DNA from: Phoronis australis
Lineage: Eukaryota; Animalia; Phoronida
DNA: 63,221 nucleotides
Reading direction: 5' to 3'
Assembly (NCBI GenBank): GCA_002633005.1
Contig: NMRA01000297.1
Span: forward strand, 43,909 to 107,129
Shown here in pieces: positions 60,401 to 63,221 of the stretch. The notes under the pieces are model-generated. The model ran no database searches and was not told where the DNA came from. It saw nothing but the letters and a program-made list of their open reading frames with translations. Within the stretch, counting starts at the first letter, position 1. Each line of letters opens with the position of its first letter. The position numbers and the translations under genes were made by a program.

Positions 60401-61789
60401 CTGGTGAAGGAATACGAGCGTAAAGTAGCGGAGCTGAATGAAGAACGAGAGAAGTATCGCAAGGTTAGTGGTGATGATGTGTTTCAATGTTAGTGGTGAT
60501 GATCTGTTTCAATCACAAGCAACTATCACGTGCTCTGATTTTTCCAACAAGGAAAATGGCAACATTACATTAAATAGCCATAACACTCAATGCCATTAAG
60601 TTTCTTTATCTTTATTGAATGGCCATAGGCCCAAAGTATAACATATACAAGACAGCACATTGTTAGCTGTGTTGCAAACTGGATCACAGTAAATTGTGAT
60701 GCCTGAAAGCATAATGGAAGAATTTAGGAGTGAGGTATCCAGTGTTCTCATGAGAGATTTAAATTAATAGATTTTGTGGGACAAAAACAATTGTTGCTTA
60801 TTAAGTACTTAACGCAAAGGTCTTGGTACACACTGCAACTAACACATTTTATTCGTCCTCTACACATCTTTGGTTAGAATTGATGAATAAGAATGCTGCT
60901 TGACTGTTAAAAACATTCAGTTGCTGCTAAATGTATTTCTTTCAAAAAAAAGGTGAGCTTTACCACTAGAAAATTCTCTGCAATTTTTAAACTTAAATTT
61001 CTTCACTCTTGGAGCGTAAGACTGAGTGTGAAGTTGCAGGGTTAGAACATGTTTGAAATGCCAGTTACTCTCCCTGCTGTGTTCATTAATCTTGGTCAGA
61101 ATATAATCAACAATACATTTCGTGTACTAGGTACTCTTTAATACTGTGACCTCTGTGCAAACACGGGTAAAGGAGATCAGTTTCAAAATGTGGTACACAA
61201 AACCAGTAGCTGCTTTAAGTTGATGATGAAGCAGTTGTAACGATTACTGAGGGCAATTGGATCACACAGTACTCAATCAGCACAGAACAATACACTGTAC
61301 TCAATCAGCACAGAACAGTACAGAGTACTCAATCAGCACAGAACAATACACAGTACACAATCAGCACAGAACAATACACTGTACTCAATCAGCACAGAAC
61401 AGTACAGAGTACTCAATCAGCACAGAACAATACACAGTACTCAATCAGCACAGAACATGTTCACTGGAAATGATGTTACGGGTCCAATCAAGAATGGTTG
61501 TTTGTGGAACTCCACTTTGTATTGTCGCCCAAACCAATATGGCTGTTTGTGAAACTCCACTTTGTTAGTCAATTGTCCCATTTTTGAGAACAATCATAAT
61601 GCATAGTTTGTGCAGTGTGGGAGTGTTACCGCATGACTGCTGCCTTTCTGTTCCAGAAACACTGTTCAAGTGATGGTGCTTTTTTTTCAGCAATTAGAGA
61701 CTGAACTGAAAAAGTTACAAGGGATGATTCAGGACACAGAGAGCAACTTTGATGATGCTATGCACCAGTTGTTTGCTAGGAAAGTCAAG
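3150..61789 (+). CDS. CFAP43: CFAP43/WDR96, multi-exon gene, partial (26 exons in window; first exon not found, 3' end beyond window)
   Basis: 26 AG/GT-bounded exons total 3700 nt and join with consistent phases into about 1233 codons without stops. Peptides match CFAP43 as I recall it: [85 protein letters not shown]. Confidence 0.95.
3401..3868 (+). repeat. Degenerate ~42-bp minisatellite starting at the exon donor
   Basis: Unit approx GTAAGTGAAGTATAGAACTACTATTACATAACCCCTGAATCA. Confidence 0.85.
4054..5472. mobile_element. Non-autonomous DNA transposon, CAC...GTG ends, 5-bp TSD (hAT5- or Transib-like)
   Basis: TIR CACGGGTGAGAAACAACATGACCGCCGGTCCTCTAAA with subterminal AACAGGAC/CATGACC repeats; TSD GTATT at 4049..4053 and 5473..5477. 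Confidence 0.85.
6134..6679 (+). repeat. 32-bp minisatellite, about 17 copies
   Basis: CAGATCAAGCTATAATCCACCTTCCGTAACAA repeated. Confidence 0.95.
6980..7073 (+). CDS. CFAP43: CFAP43 exon ([12 protein letters not shown]...PEFTLTLW)
   Basis: ttgtttcAG / GTTCGT, phase 1 to 2. Confidence 0.9.
7190..7567 (+). repeat. ~18-22-bp G-rich minisatellite
   Basis: GGGGTGATGCTGTGCATTGT repeated. Confidence 0.9.
9210..9377 (+). CDS. CFAP43: CFAP43 exon (NYLDGTKLC...SFNPANWRQ...)
   Basis: tttgttcAG / GTGAGT, phase 2 to 2. Confidence 0.93.
11389..12648 (+). pseudogene. Split and frameshifted THAP-domain transposase N-terminus
   Basis: [27 protein letters not shown] [insertion] [23 protein letters not shown] ... 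DHSY (HCF-1-binding-type motif common in THAP proteins). Confidence 0.8.
11606..12342. mobile_element. Old TIR element with TAGGCAA...TTGCCTA ends splitting the THAP domain
   Basis: Imperfect TIRs with the same terminal heptamer as 174..1106; THAP frame resumes right after; TSD degenerate. Confidence 0.55.
12708..13816. mobile_element. P-element-like non-autonomous element nested in the ISL2EU-like element
   Basis: ~72-bp essentially perfect TIR CACAGGCGCTTGGGTTTATCGC...; 8-bp TSD GCTCAAGA at 12700..12707 and 13817..13824. Confidence 0.85.
14930..15185 (+). CDS. CFAP43: CFAP43 exon (NITIPLEDG...[20 protein letters not shown])
   Basis: gaattttAG / GTGAAA, phase 2 to 0. Confidence 0.92.
15681..15838 (+). 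repeat. 19-bp minisatellite, about 8 copies
   Basis: GGTGAGACATCTCAGTTAT repeated. Confidence 0.9.
16003..16129 (+). CDS. CFAP43: CFAP43 exon ([11 protein letters not shown]...EQSST)
   Basis: cttcattAG / GTGCGT, phase 0 to 1. Confidence 0.85.
16243..16343 (+). repeat. ~24-bp minisatellite, about 4 copies
   Basis: CAGACATTATGATAACAGTAATGCC repeated. Confidence 0.85.
16610..16862 (+). repeat. 42-bp minisatellite
   Basis: ATGTAAGAGCATGCGCAGACAGAGAGCTACATGTCTCAAACT repeated; explains the repetitive ORFs here. Confidence 0.9.
17415..17647 (+). CDS. CFAP43: CFAP43 exon (SVPSKAP...[11 protein letters not shown]...LAIGSSQ)
   Basis: aatgtAG / GTATGC, phase 1 to 0. Confidence 0.9.
18030..18146 (+). 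CDS. CFAP43: CFAP43 exon (GCVHILDP...HKGNFVGV...FVV)
   Basis: gattcAG / GTAAGT, phase 0 to 0. Confidence 0.9.
18834..19063 (+). CDS. CFAP43: CFAP43 exon ([11 protein letters not shown]...[12 protein letters not shown]...)
   Basis: aatttcAG / GTGAGT, phase 0 to 2; WD40-like. Confidence 0.92.
19264..20004 (+). repeat. ~47-55-bp minisatellite, about 14 copies
   Basis: GGTGCAGGTGGCTATTAGGTGTTTCTCACATAGGCACATCATGTATA repeated. Confidence 0.9.
21112..21185 (+). mobile_element. tRNA-derived SINE head remnant
   Basis: A-box-like TAGCTCAGTGGT (21119) and B-box-like GGATCGAATCT (21160); no clean cloverleaf. Confidence 0.45.
21552..21655 (+). CDS. CFAP43: CFAP43 exon ([12 protein letters not shown]...[11 protein letters not shown])
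   Basis: ctttcctAG / GTATGA, phase 2 to 1. Confidence 0.92.
22013..22156 (+). CDS. CFAP43: CFAP43 exon ([10 protein letters not shown]...QPSIVE)
   Basis: catgtAG / GTGAGT, phase 1 to 1. Confidence 0.88.
22746..22930 (+). CDS. CFAP43: CFAP43 exon ([12 protein letters not shown]...IPKEPPKK)
   Basis: gttgcAG / GTACTT, phase 1 to 0; followed by a 17.5-kb intron. Confidence 0.88.
23126..23242 (+). repeat. 20-bp minisatellite, about 6 copies
   Basis: GACCTGCAGTCTATTGGCCT repeated. Confidence 0.9.
23610..25407. mobile_element. pogo/Tigger-like (Tc1/mariner superfamily) non-autonomous element
   Basis: TA|CCATAAACATTCGGGTTAACGCCC ... GGGCGTTAACCAGAACGTTTATGG|TA; subterminal GGGCGGTTAA repeats at both ends. 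Confidence 0.8.
25903..26110 (+). repeat. 37-bp minisatellite
   Basis: GAGCAGTAGCACGGTTCAACCTTATTTCATGACACAT repeated. Confidence 0.85.
28149..29761. mobile_element. hAT-like MITE (CAGGG ends, 6-bp TSD) hosting a HINE
   Basis: CAGGGCTTGGAAT ... ATTCCAAGCCCTG; TSD TTAGTT; subterminal TTTCCGCG repeats. Confidence 0.8.
28211..29313 (+). mobile_element. HINE/DINE-1-like Helentron derivative
   Basis: TT, subTIR ATGCGCCCACA plus local IR TGTGGACGCAT, (GTCC)n microsatellite, tandem units with CCCCTAGTGGC, 3' subTIR TGTGGGCGCAT, hairpin CAACGC..GCGTTG, CTTGtt; one N at 29084. Confidence 0.88.
31135..31588 (+). repeat. 33-bp minisatellite, left part (continues at 38164..38285)
   Basis: TTATTTAGCTCACAATATGACAGACACATACAG repeated. 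Confidence 0.92.
32283..32530 (+). pseudogene. Frameshifted THAP zinc-finger remnant
   Basis: [17 protein letters not shown], then shifted frame [13 protein letters not shown]. Confidence 0.7.
33252..33408. mobile_element. 157-bp MITE, 5-bp TSD
   Basis: TIR CATGCGCGCACCCAG; TSD AAACG. Confidence 0.85.
33688..33826. mobile_element. 139-bp MITE with the same TIR, 5-bp TSD
   Basis: TIR CATGCGCGCACCCAG; TSD CACGT. Confidence 0.85.
34195..35128. mobile_element. Possible P-element-like insertion carrying a PHD-like exon
   Basis: CATAGATTAT ... ATAATCTATG; flanks GTAAAAC / GTTACAC (degenerate 7-bp TSD). Confidence 0.45.
34431..34639 (+). pseudogene. Terminal exon-like segment encoding the C-terminal part of a PHD-like zinc finger
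   Basis: ttttttcctacAG acceptor; [12 protein letters not shown]...LCDLC* = C-x2-C-x4-H-x2-C...C-x2-C. Confidence 0.5.
38164..38285 (+). repeat. 33-bp minisatellite, right part
   Basis: Same unit as 31135..31588. Confidence 0.9.
40449..40571 (+). CDS. CFAP43: CFAP43 exon (AMSKDSYL...PGHQLPGG...[10 protein letters not shown])
   Basis: tttgtcacAG / GTGGTG, phase 0 to 0. Confidence 0.9.
41255..41412 (+). CDS. CFAP43: CFAP43 exon ([11 protein letters not shown]...DGVLCCYKW)
   Basis: tttgctAG / GTAAGT, phase 0 to 2. Confidence 0.92.
41483..41840 (+). repeat. Degenerate ~70-bp tandem repeat ending in the exon acceptor
   Basis: TAACTTCTGTCATTACCAGCTATTTCTCACACTAGTCTTAG recurs; the last copy is the real ACCAG|CTAT acceptor. 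Confidence 0.8.
41837..42005 (+). CDS. CFAP43: CFAP43 exon ([10 protein letters not shown]...SIQEK)
   Basis: ctttaccAG / GTATAG, phase 2 to 0. Confidence 0.88.
42386..42412 (+). repeat. Interstitial telomeric (TTAGGG)n tract
   Basis: TAGAG TTAGGG TTAGGG TTAGGG TTAG flanked by the direct repeat GGTGCTGTGGT. Confidence 0.8.
43479..43583 (+). CDS. CFAP43: CFAP43 exon (EKERIQKA...[10 protein letters not shown])
   Basis: ttttacAG / GTAAAG, phase 0 to 0. Confidence 0.9.
43700..43834. mobile_element. 135-bp GC-rich MITE, 6-bp TSD
   Basis: CATGGG...CCCATG; TSD TGTAAA. Confidence 0.8.
44042..44119 (+). CDS. CFAP43: CFAP43 exon (AIKEEDKEY...MRRQ)
   Basis: gttgtAG / GTGAGT, phase 0 to 0. Confidence 0.9.
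44856..44981 (+). CDS. CFAP43: CFAP43 exon ([17 protein letters not shown]...FDLDTEEQ...)
   Basis: gattAG (in-frame alternative CAG 6 nt downstream) / GTAAGT, phase 0 to 0. Confidence 0.9.
45185..45450 (+). repeat. ~52-bp minisatellite
   Basis: GTACACTGTAGTTTGAGCAATAACAATTAAATCTCTGCACATATAGTTTGCT repeated. Confidence 0.85.
45589..45693 (+). CDS. CFAP43: CFAP43 exon ([12 protein letters not shown]...[14 protein letters not shown])
   Basis: atttacAG / GTTAGT, phase 0 to 0. Confidence 0.93.
46403..46519 (+). CDS. CFAP43: CFAP43 exon ([13 protein letters not shown]...RRIEIAERS)
   Basis: tctttcAG / GTATGT, phase 0 to 0. Confidence 0.92.
46698..46939 (+). repeat. ~26-bp minisatellite
   Basis: AAATAGTATGGTCTTGGCATGTGTGT repeated. 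Confidence 0.9.
47225..47272 (+). CDS. CFAP43: CFAP43 48-nt exon ([16 protein letters not shown])
   Basis: aattctAG / GTAAGT, phase 0 to 0. Confidence 0.8.
47368..47540 (+). repeat. ~54-bp tandem repeat, about 3 copies
   Basis: TAGTCTACCATCTGGTCACAAGATAC..ATCAGTTGCCC repeated. Confidence 0.8.
48673..48887 (+). repeat. ~56-bp tandem repeat whose last unit is the exon acceptor
   Basis: ATGTTGTGATAAAACAACATCCGGATGTGATTGCTGATCT..CTGTAT; last unit ends GATCTCTGCAG. Confidence 0.85.
48888..48951 (+). CDS. CFAP43: CFAP43 exon ([21 protein letters not shown])
   Basis: ctctgcAG / GTAAGA, phase 0 to 1. Confidence 0.88.
49004..49512 (+). repeat. ~30-bp minisatellite, about 17 copies
   Basis: ATGGATGCCACAAGGCAAATTGTTAATTTA repeated. 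Confidence 0.92.
49876..50421. mobile_element. Old CAG...CTG MITE with 5-bp TSD (hAT5-like)
   Basis: CAGCGC ... GCACTG; TSD ACTTG; subterminal GGCGACC/GTCGCC motifs. Confidence 0.6.
50612..50671 (+). CDS. Candidate 60-nt alternative CFAP43 cassette exon ((A)[19 protein letters not shown])
   Basis: tttttttctacatctttcaatgccAG acceptor, G|GTAAAT donor; 60 nt and stop-free in phase 1, matching the host intron phase. Confidence 0.45.
51110..52452 (+). mobile_element. Degenerate copy of the 28211..29313 HINE family
   Basis: CATTATGCCGTC.TCTCTGTCCGTCC, GGATCCGACTACC, CTAGTGGC tandem units, similar 3' end. Confidence 0.8.
52923..53014 (+). CDS. CFAP43: CFAP43 exon ([22 protein letters not shown]...LK)
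   Basis: gattgtAG / GTATGG, phase 1 to 0. Confidence 0.93.
53115..54087 (-). mobile_element. Kolobok-like element with ~290-bp TIRs and a transposase fragment
   Basis: TTAA|AGGCGAAGGCAACC ... GGTTGCCTTCGCTT|TTAA; the minus strand encodes KFIV..(fs)[10 protein letters not shown]...[19 protein letters not shown]. Confidence 0.8.
54528..55672 (-). mobile_element. piggyBac-like non-autonomous element
   Basis: TTAA|CCCTTATCCTGC ... GCAGGTAAGGG|TTAA; acidic N-terminal-like ORF remnant 55072..55332 (-). Confidence 0.8.
56398..56775 (+). repeat. Degenerate ~37-42-bp minisatellite
   Basis: GTTCATATGAATCATGAATCAACCAGGCATGGGTGTA repeated. Confidence 0.85.
56857..57063 (+). CDS. CFAP43: CFAP43 exon ([15 protein letters not shown]...[13 protein letters not shown])
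   Basis: cttttcAG / GTGAGG, phase 0 to 0. Confidence 0.94.
57511..58836. mobile_element. Old TTAA-flanked element (Kolobok-like)
   Basis: TTGA|AGGAGAATGCC ... GGCATTCTCCT|TTAA. Confidence 0.55.
59537..59707 (+). CDS. CFAP43: CFAP43 exon (VKVERYLT...[23 protein letters not shown])
   Basis: ataacAG / GTTGGA, phase 0 to 0. Confidence 0.94.
60335..60463 (+). CDS. CFAP43: CFAP43 exon ([11 protein letters not shown]...EEREKYRK)
   Basis: attttcAG / GTTAGT, phase 0 to 0. Confidence 0.93.
61263..61457 (+). repeat. 28-bp minisatellite, about 7 copies
   Basis: CACAGTACTCAATCAGCACAGAACAATA repeated. Confidence 0.92.
61691..61789 (+). CDS. CFAP43: CFAP43 exon ([10 protein letters not shown]...FARKVK)
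   Basis: tttttttcAG / GTAGGC, phase 0 to 0. Confidence 0.93.
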
Positions 61790-63221
61790 GTAGGCATGAC
61801 TTAATGCTATAGTCAGGTTCATGCCTTAGATATGATAGTGTGAATAATTATGGAATCCTAGTAATACAATGCTTCAAAACTTCTTGCAAGATCGGTGATT
61901 GTCTAAGATGGTGCTGGCAATTATGAGGTCTGAAAATATGCACACATTGGAGGACATTTCTTATTGGTTTCTTGCACCTACACTACATGTCTGAGCTGCC
62001 TGGTGAATCTGACTTTGCTGGAGGTTCTGCACCTGCTTTATCCTGAGTGAGTTGTTTTGAGGTGTTATAAGATTTTAGTCTTCAGCACTTTGATGGTGAC
62101 ATTACAGCTTTGATTCTCTGAAAGTTCATCACATATGTGAACTTACATTGACAGTCGGTTGCACTGCTCGTTAGCCTCATTTTCGTCCTGGACAAGTAGT
62201 GCCGTCCAAAGCAGGGCATGGTGTATTAATAGCAATGTTTTGTTGACAAATTTTACATTCTAATTATTTTAAACACTTTATTTCAATTATCCGCAAAAGC
62301 GAGACCATGCTGTGTGACCTCACATAAATTGCAAAAATAAGTTTTATCCTTAGTTATTTTGTATTTTCTAACCTAAGATGATCAATCTTCTATAGCAATA
62401 TTCTTTTGTAATTTATGCTCCTTACAGGCTTAGTCTAGCCATTTATTGAAGGTGGGAAGGCAAATAATGGGTACACCTTGTAATTAGGTTAATGCCCATC
62501 CACACTCTGGCAAAATTTTCAAAACTTTCACATTTAAACGCAAAAATTTGCCTCTATGCCCACTTACGCATTAACATCTCTCGTTCGGTGTGGAGCTCAG
62601 ATCCAGAAATCAATCTACTCTGCTCAGTTGGGGTTGGCACACTTTTGTGGCATATCACATTTGCGTGCTACTTACCTAATTCATGGAAAGAGTTAAGAGC
62701 AATTCCATATAAAAACCAGATGGTGGGCTATATATGCAAAATCACCAATTTTTTTGAAACTTAGCATATCAGCTGGCCTTGTCAAAAGAAACCTGAGCCT
62801 GAATTTTTAAGAGTTTCCGAGTTTTTTTTAACCCTTTTTACGACCACTTTGTACTTTTTCCGAAAAATAGCAAATAATAGTACTTGGAAGTAGGTGACTT
62901 TTTGTCAGCAACAACACATCATCGCTTCACGATATAAAAAAATAACTATATAGCAGAAAGAAGAAAGAATAACGTACAAGAAAAACTAGTTCGGATGTAT
63001 TTTTTGATTTTTTATGTCCTCCCATTTTAGCCTACAAAAATGTCATTTTCACTGCTTATTATTAAGGCCATTTTTACGCATTTTTATCACTCTCCGAAAT
63101 CTATATCAGATTTTTTTGGAACATGAGTTAACTTCCATCTGTTACTGCTGTCTTTGTTCAGCCCAACGCAAGAATAAAAAATCTTGTCTCTTTCATAGTT
63201 TTTGTGCAGTCAGTTTTTTAC

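Noticed and set aside
60119-60487. 122-aa minus-strand ORF
   Set aside because: Antisense shadow of a CFAP43 exon plus intron.
62693-63221. Possible transposon left end (TTAAGAGCAATTCCAT...)
   Set aside because: The partner TIR and TSD would lie outside the window, so it cannot be supported.

Overview
Animal genomic DNA (AT-rich, spliceosomal GT-AG introns, a TTAGGG tract, Helentron/HINE-type repeats). It is probably a marine invertebrate, but the taxon is inference. The window lies within a + strand CFAP43/WDR96 (cilia- and flagella-associated protein 43) gene. I could read 26 coding exons (3150..61789) whose splice phases join into one open frame of about 1233 codons (N-terminal WD40 region, then coiled-coil region). 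The first exon was not found and the 3' exons lie beyond the window. The introns hold about 20 non-autonomous DNA transposons, most with readable TIRs and TSDs (MULE-like, P-like, ISL2EU-like, pogo/Tc1-like, Kolobok-like, piggyBac-like, 5/6-bp-TSD CA-ended elements, HINEs), several nested. They also hold about 18 locus-specific minisatellites. No intact transposase was seen. The most notable observations: (i) minisatellites cluster at exon edges and in five cases are built from the splice site itself; (ii) a candidate 60-nt in-frame cassette exon; (iii) a 6.6-kb TA-TSD composite element carrying THAP and PHD-like cargo; (iv) a ~480-bp coding-like module shared by unrelated elements; (v) a telomeric insertion with an 11-bp target duplication. 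Nearly all ORFs in the supplied track are exon read-throughs or repeat artefacts.
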